Below are positions 1-9,637 of a stretch of 64,000 nt of DNA, piece by piece. Within the stretch, counting starts at the first letter, position 1. The number at the start of each line of letters is the position of its first letter. Source of the DNA: Thermoplasmata archaeon (lineage in GTDB: Archaea > Thermoplasmatota > Thermoplasmata > Lutacidiplasmatales > UBA184); the NCBI GenBank assembly GCA_035504395.1, contig DATJRX010000005.1, positions 3,334-67,333 of the forward strand, given 5' to 3'. Both the position numbers and the translations under genes were made by a program. The notes beneath the pieces are model-generated. The model was not told where the DNA came from and made no database searches. It was given only the letters and a program-made list of their open reading frames with translations.

Positions 1-37
1 TTCGAGTGCCGGGCACGGCGATCCGGAAGTGACGCGG

Positions 38-1465
38 TTACGTCGAGATCAATTCGTAGCCGCCGAGGGTCGTGTTGTAGAACGTCTGATCCCAGGTGGG
101 GGGCGAATTCTCCAGGATCGGAGTCATGTACGCCGCCGAGAGGTCCTCGGCGACCGCGCCCACCGGTCGAATCTCGAGGTTCGTCAGCCACCCCGTCATC
201 TTGTACTTCGCAATGGCCGCGCTGAACTGAGGTTGCGCCTCGAACTGCGTCGAGGCCGCCACAAAGGCTGGGCCCGCGTAGGGGATCGCGTGCGTCCAGG
301 TCATCGAGAGGTTGAGATCGACGATCGTGAACACCACCGTGTGGCTGGGCTTCTTGTAGTCGATCGTGAGCTCGAGGACTGTCCCGGCTGGCGTGACCGT
401 ACCGGGCCCCGGCCAGTTGCCGGGCCAATAGTTCGCCTCGCAGTTGTCGGAGCCGTTGCCGTTCACGTACCACGGTGCGATGCGCCCGCCGGCATCCAGG
501 TCCACCCCCAACTGGAAGAACCCCGAGCAACCGTCGTCCCGCGCATTCGAGACGTTCATCGCGTTGATTTGCCAGCTGATGTCGTGCGACTTTGGAACGG
601 ACCAGCTGTCCAGCGTCATGGTCGCGGAGAACTCATCGTAGGTCGGGAGCAACCGCACGTTGGATCCGGAGCCCTCGCCGTAGAGCGTCATGTTGTTCAG
701 CCCCGGAAAGTAACCGGGGATGTAGTCGGTCGTGACCATCAGGTCGGAATAGTACACGGTTCCGCTTGTCGTCTCGACCTGAACGGAAGTGGAGTTGAGC
801 GCGTTGGCGTCGTACGCCACGAACGGCGGGGAACTGCTCCCGTCGACGGAGACGAGGAATCGGTTGGTCGTCGGATAATCCCAGCCCGCGGTAATGTAGA
901 CCCAGCCCGCCGGGTAGGCGCCGTGTGCCGGGACCACTCCGACGACGGTCAGGTTGCTCAGATTCCCTCCCGCCACGACCTTGCCGGATTTGACCCCGAT
1001 CACCAGTCCGAATTGATGACCCGGCACCCCCAGACCGAAGTATCCGGCGGAGTCTCCGGTCGCTCGGATCGCTGCCTCCAGCGACCAGCCGGCGTTCCCG
1101 CGGACGAACCCGCTCTTATCGAACTCGATCTGGGGTGTGGCCGATGTCGCGACCGATCGGAGGGCGGGCTCCCCGGAGTAATTGACACTGGTCTGGATCC
1201 TCGGGGTTGCGCCGCTGGCCTTCTGCCATCCGGCCAGCGACCCATTCTCGAAGTTCGCGACGAATGTGAAGGCGAGGTCCTTATCCAGCGCGGTTCCGGC
1301 AGGATCGGGCAGCGCTTTCCCGGACCCGGCTGGGGAGGTAGTCAGCGCCGTCGAGGCGGGGAACACCCCGAGCCCCAGCAGACCGACTACCGCCAAGGCG
1401 ACGATGGGCCGAAGGTTGCGTTCGAGGCGGGACCCGTGGGTCCCTGACTCCGAACGCGAGGACAC
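38..1465 (-). CDS. secreted hypothetical protein (475 aa), N-terminal signal/TM segment, many N-x-S/T sequons
   Basis: Full-length ORF on the minus strand. Hydrophobic N-terminus (IVALAVVGLLGLGVF) follows a short basic leader; composition is Gly/Ser/Thr/Asn-rich and non-repetitive. No recognisable catalytic motif. Confidence 0.6.
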   Translation of the reverse strand: MSSRSESGTHGSRLERNLRPIVALAVVGLLGLGVFPASTALTTSPAGSGKALPDPAGTALDKDLAFTFVANFENGSLAGWQKASGATPRIQTSVNYSGEPALRSVATSATPQIEFDKSGFVRGNAGWSLEAAIRATGDSAGYFGLGVPGHQFGLVIGVKSGKVVAGGNLSNLTVVGVVPAHGAYPAGWVYITAGWDYPTTNRFLVSVDGSSSPPFVAYDANALNSTSVQVETTSGTVYYSDLMVTTDYIPGYFPGLNNMTLYGEGSGSNVRLLPTYDEFSATMTLDSWSVPKSHDISWQINAMNVSNARDDGCSGFFQLGVDLDAGGRIAPWYVNGNGSDNCEANYWPGNWPGPGTVTPAGTVLELTIDYKKPSHTVVFTIVDLNLSMTWTHAIPYAGPAFVAASTQFEAQPQFSAAIAKYKMTGWLTNLEIRPVGAVAEDLSAAYMTPILENSPPTWDQTFYNTTLGGYELIST

Positions 1466-1662
1466 GCCCTCGGAGCGCGATGCGGGATATTAAGCGGAGT
1501 CGACCGAGGGCACGAACCGGGTAGCGCCGTGGAGCTCCCCGTCGGCGATCCGTCGGTCAAGTGCCCTTGACTTCACGGCCTTGTATGCGCGGGTCGTTCC
1601 CAAGAGCGGCGTGCCGAGACGGCTCGCCGGTCAACGCTGTGCTGAGGACGGTGGAGCGGAAT

Positions 1663-1797
1663 ATGAGCTTCAAGTGCCCGTGGGGATGCGCGGAGGGCGT
1701 CGAGCATGAGGTGGCCTGGGAGTGTCCCAAGTACTCCCAGAAATTTCTCGGAGCGCTTCAGTCGGTAGCACAGAAGTTGGAGAAGAGCAAGGACTGA
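1663..1797 (+). CDS. small Cys-rich (zinc-finger-like) protein, 44 aa (MSFKCPWGCAEGVEHEVAWECPKY...)
   Basis: Internal ATG of ORF 1561..1797. Local GC is lower and codon usage is Lys/Phe-rich, unlike the surrounding DNA. Has a CPxGC...EC spacing. Speculative. Confidence 0.25.
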   Translation: MSFKCPWGCAEGVEHEVAWECPKYSQKFLGALQSVAQKLEKSKD

Positions 1798-1931
1798 ATC
1801 CCGCGGCCCTGCGCTCCCACCGGAGTGCGGCCCATCTGTCCGAAGGCGCCCACGGCGCCAGGTGCTCCGGACGCCCACAGATAGGTCAATCGGAGCGTGT
1901 GACTCCGCGCCCCACCCGAGCGGGCCGATGA

Positions 1932-2993
1932 TCACGCCGGTGGGGGATCGTCCATCTGAAGGAGCTGCTTCCCGAAGCCGGCGCCGGAGTAGAGCCGCGC
2001 CAGCCCGCTTGGGGCGCTCCTAAGTCCCTGCAGCAGATCCTCCTTGGCCTTCAGTCGCCCCGATTGGAGGAGCGGGAGCATGGCCGTGACGGCCTCGTCG
2101 ATCCGGGGGATGTAATCGCGGCCGAGAAGGCCTTCCATCCGACCGTTCACCATGATCAGATTGTAGTAGTTCGGCGGACCCGGCGTGTCGCCCGTGACCG
2201 CGTAGAGCGACGTGATCCCACACAGGACCACCCGCCCGCCCTGGCGGAGTCGTTGCAAGGCCAGGTCCAGGGTAGGTCCGCCCACGTTGTCGAAGTAGAT
2301 GTCGATCCCATCGGGGCAGAGCTCGGTCAGTCGCTTCCCGACGTCCTCCTTTCGGTAGTCGATCGACGCGTCGATGCCGGCCTCCCGCACCAGCCAGTCG
2401 CACTTGGCCGAACTTCCCGCGATGCCGATCACGCGCAGACCGTGGATCTTGGCCACCTGAGCGGCGATCGTGCCGACCCCGCCCGCGGCCCCCGAGATCA
2501 CGAACGTCTCCCCCGGCTTGGGCCGTGCGACCTCGTGGACGCCGAAGTACGCCACGAGGCCCGTGATTCCCAACGCGCCGACCGCCCAGTTCGGGGACAC
2601 GCCGTCGGGAACCCGGTACGTCGGGATGAACCCGCTTCCGTCGGAGACCGAGTAGTCCTCCCAGCCCATGCTGCCATGGACGATGTCGCCCGCCCGGAAT
2701 TTCGGGTGCCGGGACTCGAGTACCTTGGAGACGGCCAGGCCCGTCATCGGCTGGCCGATCGGGATCGCTCCGCCCGCCTCGTCCTGAGGAATGCCCCGTC
2801 CCAACAGGAAGAGCTGGGTGGGGTCGAACGAATACCACAGGTTCCGAGCGAGGAATTGGCCCTCGCCCGGAGACGGGATCGAGCTCTCGGCCCATCGGAA
2901 GCAGTCCTCCGTGATCGCTCCGTTCGACCGCTTGGCGACAAGCCATTGGCGATTGATTCCCGCGGGCATCGGCCCCTTCCCGATCGGCCCCAC
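1932..2993 (-). CDS. NADP-dependent oxidoreductase, medium-chain dehydrogenase/reductase family (leukotriene B4 dehydrogenase/YncB-like)
   Basis: Rossmann motif GAAGGVGTIAAQVAKIHG. An N-terminal GroES-like region and a C-terminal MDR fold are consistent with non-zinc MDR enzymes. Confidence 0.8.
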   Translation of the reverse strand: MGPIGKGPMPAGINRQWLVAKRSNGAITEDCFRWAESSIPSPGEGQFLARNLWYSFDPTQLFLLGRGIPQDEAGGAIPIGQPMTGLAVSKVLESRHPKFRAGDIVHGSMGWEDYSVSDGSGFIPTYRVPDGVSPNWAVGALGITGLVAYFGVHEVARPKPGETFVISGAAGGVGTIAAQVAKIHGLRVIGIAGSSAKCDWLVREAGIDASIDYRKEDVGKRLTELCPDGIDIYFDNVGGPTLDLALQRLRQGGRVVLCGITSLYAVTGDTPGPPNYYNLIMVNGRMEGLLGRDYIPRIDEAVTAMLPLLQSGRLKAKEDLLQGLRSAPSGLARLYSGAGFGKQLLQMDDPPPA

Positions 2994-3133
2994 GGCCGAC
3001 CGTCTCTCGCGATCGCTGGGCTCGGCATATACCTACCAAGGTCGAAATCGGTCGAGACTCGACCGATCGATCAAGATCTGCCGCCTCCGAGAGGAGGTTG
3101 CAATCCGCGTTGCGCCCCCGGCTCCGACCCGGC

Positions 3134-5629
3134 TCACGACGAAGGTGCGCGCCGCGTCACCTCGAGCCCGGCCCGCCGCGCCGCGTCGAGCACGTTCTCG
3201 AACGCGGCGAGCATCCCGAGGCCCTTCTTCGCGCCCTCTTCGCCCTCCCGGATCGGATGATCGGCCACCCACTGGCGAATCTCGGCGGGGCGATCGAGCC
3301 CCGCCACCGGGAGGCTGTACTGGAGGACGAGCGCCATCGTCCCGCCCCCGGTCGCGAGCGAGCTCACGCGGGACTCGAGGTTGCCGGAGAGGAACGCCCA
3401 CAGCGCGTCGCCGCTGGTGGGGTTGAGCCACGTCGCTGCGTAGGCGAGTGCGATCCACGAACTCACCTGCATCTCGCCGGAACCGAGCCGGTTGAGGCAC
3501 TCGAGCAGCCATTCCGTCCGAGAGAGCATGCCGAGGCCGGTCGCGATCATCCGGCCTTCGTGGCCCGGCGGGGCTTCCCGCATCTGGCGGATCAGTCCGG
3601 AATACTCCACCCCGCTCGCCGTCGCGGCGTAGGCCATGTAGATCGCCTGCCGGACCTCGGGGGCCGCCGATCCGATCGCCTCGAATCGATGCCGCATCTC
3701 CAGGCGATAGAGCGGGTCTAGGGCGACCCGGGCTCGGGTCACCATGTCGCGCGCCGTCGTGGTCGCGGGCGACTCTCCGGGGGAGGCCGCCGGTCCGAGT
3801 CGCTCTCCCTGGCTTGTGAACACCCGTCGGAACGCCTCCTCCCACGCGGGGATCCGGTACACGAGCGGCCGGACCCAGGTCAACGCGTCGTACGCCTGTG
3901 AGACGAGCGAGGGATTCGTCTCTGTTTCGCCACGGCGGAGCAGGTCGAGGTACTCAGGGAAGTCCATCTCGCCGGCGAGGAGGAACGCGAGCCCGTCGTC
4001 CTGCAGACCGAGCCGGTCCAGCGGGGCGAGCGCACGATATCGAGCCAGGATCCGCTGTCGTACCGGGCCTTTGTATCGCACGCGAAAGAACCCGGTCCGT
4101 CCCGGCGCTACCAGAACGTCGGCGTCCCGCGAAATCGGGATCTCGGCCGTCGGTTCGTGCATCAGCCGCTCGACGCGGGTGCCGTCGACCTGCACCGTGA
4201 GCGGGATCGGCCACGGTGGATCGTTCGGAGACCCGACCAGCGAGAATCGCCGCTGGTTCAGCACCAGGTTGAGGTCTCGCTGCTCGACGGTGACGACCGG
4301 GTAGCCGGGCCGAAGGATCCACTCCGGCATGACTCGGTCCACCGGTTGACGCGAGGTCCGGGCGACCGCTCCCCAGAGGTCCGTGGCCTCCGCGTTTCCC
4401 CACGCATGCTCGCGCAGGTAGAGGGCAACCCCGTCTCGGAACGCGGCCTCGCCGACGAACCCTTCGAGCATTCGGAGCACCGACGAACCCTTCGCATAGC
4501 TGACGTCGTCGAAGAACTCCGCCGCGCGGGCGGGGTCCGTGACCGAGACTTGGATCGGATGGGTCCCGGGGAGGGAGTCGACCATAAGTCCGGTGCCGGT
4601 CTCGTAGTAGCAGAACTCGGACCAACTGTCCCAGTCGGGATGGAGCGCATCGCGCGCCTTGTACCCGGCGAAGGTCGCGAAGCTTTCGTTGAGCCAAAGG
4701 TCGTCCCACGTTCGCATGGTGACGAGGTTGCCGAACCACTGATGCGCCACCTCATGCGCCGCGATGTTCACGACGACCATCCGGGTCATGACCGAGGTGT
4801 TCTCGTCGACCAGGACGAACGGCTCGGCGAACACGATGGCGCCCCAGTTTTCCATCGCGCCCGAGAGGAATTTCGGCATCCCGACCAGATGCATCTTGGG
4901 AAGAGGGTACGGGATCCCGTAGTAGTCCCCGAAGAACCGGATCGCGCGGGCCGCGGCGTCCGCCACGAATCCCGTCCGCGCCGCCGCACCTCGGGCCGTC
5001 GCGCAGATCGTGCGGATCCCTTCGATCTCGCGCTCCGCTTGCTCGAACGGTCCGATGCCGAGGTAGAACAGGTACGTCGACATCGGGGGCGTGGGATCGA
5101 ACCGGGTCCATCCGCGCCCGTCCGGGGCGCGGTCCTTGGTCCGCGCGGGCGCGTTCGAGATCACCGTGAACTCGTCCGGCGCGACGACCTCGAGTTCGAA
5201 CACCGCCTTGGCGTCGGGTCGATCAAAGCACGGAAAGACCCGCCGCGCCCGGGCGGGTTCCAGGTGGGTGGTCACGGCGACTCCGTCTCCCAACGGGCTC
5301 TGATAGATGCCGATCGGAGCCTCCCGATCGACGGTCGATTCGAAATCGATGGTCAGCCCGGTCGCCGGAGCATCACGGACGATGAGCCGCCCCGGGTCGT
5401 TCTCGACCGTGAACGGCAGCCCTCGTCCGTCGGCTGCCACCGAGAGGACGGTCAGGGCCTCGAGATCGAACGTCACTTCCGGAGTCGGCGGAAGGCCTGT
5501 GACCCGAACACGTCCGCGGTAGACGGATTCGAGATCTGGGAAGTCCAAGTGGAGCTCGTAGCGGAGACCGACCACGGGCCCGGCAACGACGTACGGTGGA
5601 TAACGGATGGCCGAGACCGGCCGGCCCAT
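3134..5629 (-). CDS. pepN: M1-family zinc aminopeptidase (aminopeptidase N-like) with ERAP1-like C-terminal domain
   Basis: GAMEN exopeptidase motif (SGAMENWG), HEXXH zinc motif (HEVAHQWFGN) and the downstream E (WLNESFA). The longest ORF runs to 5785. The start was chosen at the internal M (MGRPVSAIRY...) because the upstream extension is R/A-rich. Confidence 0.9.
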   Translation of the reverse strand: MGRPVSAIRYPPYVVAGPVVGLRYELHLDFPDLESVYRGRVRVTGLPPTPEVTFDLEALTVLSVAADGRGLPFTVENDPGRLIVRDAPATGLTIDFESTVDREAPIGIYQSPLGDGVAVTTHLEPARARRVFPCFDRPDAKAVFELEVVAPDEFTVISNAPARTKDRAPDGRGWTRFDPTPPMSTYLFYLGIGPFEQAEREIEGIRTICATARGAAARTGFVADAAARAIRFFGDYYGIPYPLPKMHLVGMPKFLSGAMENWGAIVFAEPFVLVDENTSVMTRMVVVNIAAHEVAHQWFGNLVTMRTWDDLWLNESFATFAGYKARDALHPDWDSWSEFCYYETGTGLMVDSLPGTHPIQVSVTDPARAAEFFDDVSYAKGSSVLRMLEGFVGEAAFRDGVALYLREHAWGNAEATDLWGAVARTSRQPVDRVMPEWILRPGYPVVTVEQRDLNLVLNQRRFSLVGSPNDPPWPIPLTVQVDGTRVERLMHEPTAEIPISRDADVLVAPGRTGFFRVRYKGPVRQRILARYRALAPLDRLGLQDDGLAFLLAGEMDFPEYLDLLRRGETETNPSLVSQAYDALTWVRPLVYRIPAWEEAFRRVFTSQGERLGPAASPGESPATTTARDMVTRARVALDPLYRLEMRHRFEAIGSAAPEVRQAIYMAYAATASGVEYSGLIRQMREAPPGHEGRMIATGLGMLSRTEWLLECLNRLGSGEMQVSSWIALAYAATWLNPTSGDALWAFLSGNLESRVSSLATGGGTMALVLQYSLPVAGLDRPAEIRQWVADHPIREGEEGAKKGLGMLAAFENVLDAARRAGLEVTRRAPSS

Positions 5630-5778
5630 TCCACCTACGCACGCATGCGCGCCTCGCGCGGCGGCGACACCCGACGCCGGTTCCCTCGGCGGATGCCTTC
5701 TCGGGCTTCGTCGCCGGACCGAGGCCGCGCCCGACGGAGCGCTTAGGTACCAGCGGCGGGCTCCCGCGGTCCGGATCG

Positions 5779-6687
5779 ATGTCAACGTCCGGGGCGAGGG
5801 AGCGCGCGGATCGGGCGAAGACCTCGATTCTCGAGTCGTGGGACCAGCTCGCGGAAGACTGGGACCGCTGGACGCCGGTCGTCAACCGTTGGTTTGCGCC
5901 GGCGTCTCGCCACTTGATCTCCTCCCTCGGGTTGCGGCCCGGGGAACGGGTCGTGGAGTTCGCGGCGGGATCCGGGGGATTCACCCCCGATCTCTCCCGG
6001 GCGGTCGGGCCGTCCGGTCATGTCCTCGCGACGGATGGCGCGCCCGGGATGGCACGGTTGGCCGCGCGAAACGCGCGCCGCGACCGGCTAGAGAACGTCG
6101 AGGTCGTTCCCATCGACGGAGAGCGACCCGACCTTCCCCAGGACTCCTTCGACGCCGTGACGTGCCGTCAGGGGCTGATGTTCTTTCCCCGACCGGCGGA
6201 GACCCTGCGCGCCTGGCGCGATCTACTGAGACCCGGGGGGCGGATCGCCTTCAGCGCGTTCTCCGCGCCGGCGCGCAATGCCTTCCTGGTGCGGCCCGCC
6301 GAAGTGCTGTCTCGCTGGGCCCACCCGGAGGGTGGCCCGCCGGAGCCGCCCGATGCGCCGGGCCCTTTCCGGCTCTCGCGCCCCGGAGAGGCCGCGTCGC
6401 TGCTCGCTGGCGCCGGTCTCGTGGACGTTCGTGTGATCTCGGTCGATTGCCCGCTGGAGCTCCCCGACCTCGGGACCCTGGTTTCGTTCTATCACATGAT
6501 CCTCGGAGGGATCGTCGAGGACCTCTCTCCCGACGAATCCCGCCGAGCGTGGGACGAGGTCGCCGAGCGCTGCGCTGGGTTCGTGACGCCCGAGGGCGTT
6601 CGGGCGCCCTGCGAACTCGTAGTCGCGGCCGGACGCCGAGGCCCGTCGGGCCGATCTCCGGTCCCCTCCCGAGCGGGTCTCAACTGA
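5779..6687 (+). CDS. class I SAM-dependent methyltransferase
   Basis: Motif I VVEFAAGSGGF, an acidic residue after a beta strand (ATDGAP) and a post-I motif (DAVTCRQGLMFF). The start is an internal M of ORF 5596..6687 (MSTSGARERA...). Divergent from pepN. Confidence 0.75.
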   Translation: MSTSGARERADRAKTSILESWDQLAEDWDRWTPVVNRWFAPASRHLISSLGLRPGERVVEFAAGSGGFTPDLSRAVGPSGHVLATDGAPGMARLAARNARRDRLENVEVVPIDGERPDLPQDSFDAVTCRQGLMFFPRPAETLRAWRDLLRPGGRIAFSAFSAPARNAFLVRPAEVLSRWAHPEGGPPEPPDAPGPFRLSRPGEAASLLAGAGLVDVRVISVDCPLELPDLGTLVSFYHMILGGIVEDLSPDESRRAWDEVAERCAGFVTPEGVRAPCELVVAAGRRGPSGRSPVPSRAGLN

Positions 6688-6906
6688 GCGGGGTCTGCCG
6701 GGCGTACGGCGGGGTCGGCCGACTGCCGACCGGGCGCCATCGCACCGCCAACCCCGCCCACCAGCGCGAAGAACATGGGCCGGAGGAGCAGCGGGACGGC
6801 GACCAGAATGGCGACCGGGACTTCGGTGAGGCGGATCACGTACCCGAAGATCGCCGCGATCGGACCCCCACAAGGCCTAACCGAGCGCGCGGCCGTGCGT
6901 CCCGCG

Positions 6907-7197
6907 ATGATCGTTCACGTCGTGCTGATGCAATGGAAGGATCGGGTCGGCCCCTTGGAGATCGAGCGGGCGAAGGCCGCCTACCTCGGATTGGCTTCGA
7001 AAGTACCCGGTATCACGAGCGCATACTGGGGGCGGTCCACCGAGCGGCGGGGAGCGAAGTTCCAGGGAATGGCGATGTTGGTGGCGGAGAGTCGGGCCGC
7101 GCTCGATGCGTACAACGCGCACCCCGACCACGCGGCGCTCGCGAAGATGGTCGACGCGATGGTGAGGAAGTTCGTCGACGCCGACATGGAGACGTAG
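6907..7197 (+). CDS. Dabb-family stress-responsive protein (dimeric alpha/beta barrel)
   Basis: About 96 aa. MIVHVVLMQWKD...AHPDHAAL...MVRKFVDADME is typical of the Dabb (PF07876) architecture. Internal ATG of ORF 6775..7197. Confidence 0.6.
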   Translation: MIVHVVLMQWKDRVGPLEIERAKAAYLGLASKVPGITSAYWGRSTERRGAKFQGMAMLVAESRAALDAYNAHPDHAALAKMVDAMVRKFVDADMET

Positions 7198-7432
7198 GCG
7201 GACACGATCCAGTCCCTGGCTGCCGATCCCGGGCGGGCCAGCGGGGTCCCGCTACGGATCACTCCGCGGCGTCCATTGGATGCGCCCATCCGAACGTTGG
7301 GCAGGATCTCGAGTGCCGCGCCCGCCCGATGCGAAGGTGGTCCCTCGCATGGGGGCCGCCGACTCCCCGGCGGCTCTGCCCCATCGATGTGACGGTCCGT
7401 GCGGACGAAGGGAGGATTCCGGGACGGCGGGG

Positions 7433-8182
7433 CTACGCCCGAAGGAAGTCGTGGGCTCCTTGGATGAGAAATCTCAGGTCGGCTGCGAGCGAGATGAACC
7501 GGAAGCCCATCTCGACGGCCGTCTTCTTTTCCTCGGGGTTCACGACCAACGTGCCCGGGACCTTCCCGTGTCGCTCGCACGCGGTCACGACCTGTCGCAT
7601 GGCCTCGCGCACGCGGGGATCGCCCCGGGCGTCGACGAGCCCGAGGCTCAGCGTCAGATCCTGCGGACCCACGAAGAGCAGATCGACCCCGTCGACTCCG
7701 GCGATCGCTTCGAGATTCTCGAGCGCCTGACGGGTCTCGATCTGCACCCCGACCAGGGTCTCCTCGTTCGCGCGTCGAAGATACGGGCCGAGCTGGTTCC
7801 CGTAGCGCGAGGCCGCCGCGGCCGCCGCGCCTCGCACCCCCTGCGGCGGGTACTTGGCGAACGAGACCGCACTGCGCGCCTGCGCCTCGGAGTTGACGAG
7901 CGGCGCCAGGATGCCGTGGGCCCCGGCGTCCAGCGCCTGCTTGATCAGGTACTGGTCCACGTCGCCGACCCGGACGAGCGGGGTCGGCCCGCCGCGACTT
8001 AGGATCGCGACCATCGCTGCGAGGGTCTCGGAGTTCACCGGCGAGTGCTCCGTGTCGATCATGAACCAATCGAATCCCAGGTCCCGAAGGGCGTCGACGG
8101 CGACGACCGACGCCGAGGAGATCCACGTCCCGAACGATCGGACCGACGCGTCGTGCAGCCGGACCTTCAGGGAGGTCTCCAT
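7433..8182 (-). CDS. HpcH/HpaI-family aldolase (2-keto-3-deoxy-sugar-acid / 2,4-dihydroxyhept-2-enedioate aldolase-like)
   Basis: C-terminal 249 aa of the 558-aa ORF. Start METSLKVRL was confirmed as ATG at 8180-8182 on the minus strand. Family motifs: FMIDTEHSP, LVRV, GILAPLVNSEAQAR, VQIETRQAL, DLLFVGPQDLTLSLG. Confidence 0.85.
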   Translation of the reverse strand: METSLKVRLHDASVRSFGTWISSASVVAVDALRDLGFDWFMIDTEHSPVNSETLAAMVAILSRGGPTPLVRVGDVDQYLIKQALDAGAHGILAPLVNSEAQARSAVSFAKYPPQGVRGAAAAAASRYGNQLGPYLRRANEETLVGVQIETRQALENLEAIAGVDGVDLLFVGPQDLTLSLGLVDARGDPRVREAMRQVVTACERHGKVPGTLVVNPEEKKTAVEMGFRFISLAADLRFLIQGAHDFLRA

Positions 8183-8307
8183 CGACTCCGCGCCTGCCCG
8201 GAGCGGCGAGGGAGGATAAGCGTTCGAGGCCCCTCTGCTTCCCACGGGCGTTCTGCCGCGTGCGATGCGCCGGCGTGAGCTCGGGCCGGGAGCCCCCCAC
8301 GCCACGC

Positions 8308-9435
8308 TCAGCGCTGAAATCGATCCGGCGCAAATGGGGTCAGGTCGAATCCGGGCGCCTCGTGCTGTGCCAGACGCGCGACGATCTCTCCGATCACGCT
8401 CGTGAACTTGAATCCGTGGCCAGAACAGGCGCTCACGACGATCACGTTCGGGTGCCGCGGGTGCACTCCGATCACGAAGTCCCGGTCGGGCGTGTTCGTG
8501 TAGAGGCACGCGACGTGCGCGATCTCGTGAGGCTCGACCCCACGCAGTCGCTGTTCCACGAACGCACGGATCGGCGCCCCGTCCGATTCCCGGTACTCCC
8601 GATCGGCCTCCTCGGGAGACGCCGCGACCTTGCCGTTCCAGGCGCCGACCTTGACCCCGTCGCCGAAGTCCGGCACCCCGTACGTCCGCGCTTCCTCGCC
8701 CCGGTCCCACACGAACACCGGCATCCGATGCGGGCCGACCAGAGCGGCGTTGCGCGCGCGGAACCAGAGCATGAACTGCCGCTCGATCTCGAGCGGCAGC
8801 GCCAGGCCGCCGTCGAATCGCGAGGTCCAGGCGCCCACGGTCAGCACGAGCGTCCTCGCCCGAAGCTCCGCGGACTCGGTGCGCACGGTGACCCCGCTCG
8901 CGTCGGCCGACCACTCCTTGACGCGGGTCCCGTATCGGAGCTCTGCCCCGGCCTCCACCGCACCGGACGCGTGCGCGCGGACGCAGGTCTCCGGGAAGAG
9001 CGCCCCCGCGTTCGGGTCGAACACCGCCATTTCGTCCGGAGCGAGCGCGAACTGGGGGAACCGCCGCTCGACCTGCCAGGGGTCGAGCACCTCGTGGGGA
9101 AGGCGACACTCGATCGCGGTCCGCAAGGACTCCGACGCGAACGAGTTCGTCCGACGGCCGATGACGAGACCCCCGGTGGGACGCAGGACCGACTCGCCGG
9201 AGTCGAGCTCAAGCTGGCGCCAGAGTTCTTGGGCGCGCAGGCACAGCGGGACGTACCGGGCGCCCTCCATGTACGCGGTCCGGTAGATGCGGGTCCTCCC
9301 ATGGGACGACCCATGCCCGTGGACGGGCCCGAACTGCTCGAGGCCCAGTACCCGGCCCCCGCTACGGGCAACGTGGTACGCGGCCGCCGAGCCCGCCCCG
9401 CCGAGCCCCACGACGACGCATTCGATCTCGGTCAA
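8308..9435 (-). CDS. solA: FAD-dependent monomeric sarcosine oxidase / N-methyl-L-tryptophan oxidase family (MSOX/MTOX)
   Basis: N-terminal dinucleotide fold VVVGLGGAGSAAAYHVARSG. C-terminal SACSGHGFKF matches the covalent-FAD Cys region of MSOX-family enzymes. Confidence 0.8.
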   Translation of the reverse strand: MTEIECVVVGLGGAGSAAAYHVARSGGRVLGLEQFGPVHGHGSSHGRTRIYRTAYMEGARYVPLCLRAQELWRQLELDSGESVLRPTGGLVIGRRTNSFASESLRTAIECRLPHEVLDPWQVERRFPQFALAPDEMAVFDPNAGALFPETCVRAHASGAVEAGAELRYGTRVKEWSADASGVTVRTESAELRARTLVLTVGAWTSRFDGGLALPLEIERQFMLWFRARNAALVGPHRMPVFVWDRGEEARTYGVPDFGDGVKVGAWNGKVAASPEEADREYRESDGAPIRAFVEQRLRGVEPHEIAHVACLYTNTPDRDFVIGVHPRHPNVIVVSACSGHGFKFTSVIGEIVARLAQHEAPGFDLTPFAPDRFQR

Positions 9436-9637
9436 CGATCCTTCCGCGGGCGCCCCATCCCGGCGCAGGTCAAAGGGCCACCGCCGCGGGGGGGTCCATC
9501 CGAATCCGAAGGGATCCCAGGGCAGGTCGCCGTGCTACGGCGCGGGGACCCTTCCGCGGCCCCGGGTCGGCCCCGCCCCCGCTCGAGTCGACCGGGCGGT
9601 TCCGGTCGGGAGCGGCCCGGATCCTCCGGACCCAAGC

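Noticed and set aside
29-1447. 472-aa plus-strand ORF antisense to the secreted-protein gene
   Set aside because: Arg/Pro/Gly-rich low-complexity translation typical of high-GC antisense frames. The opposite strand encodes a compositionally normal signal-peptide protein.
4157-5746. 529-aa plus-strand ORF
   Set aside because: Lies antisense inside the M1 aminopeptidase gene, whose HEXXH and GAMEN motifs prove the minus frame.
5607-7730. 707-aa plus-strand ORF spanning several genes
   Set aside because: Runs through the methyltransferase, the Dabb gene and antisense to the aldolase with Arg-rich junk. No motifs.
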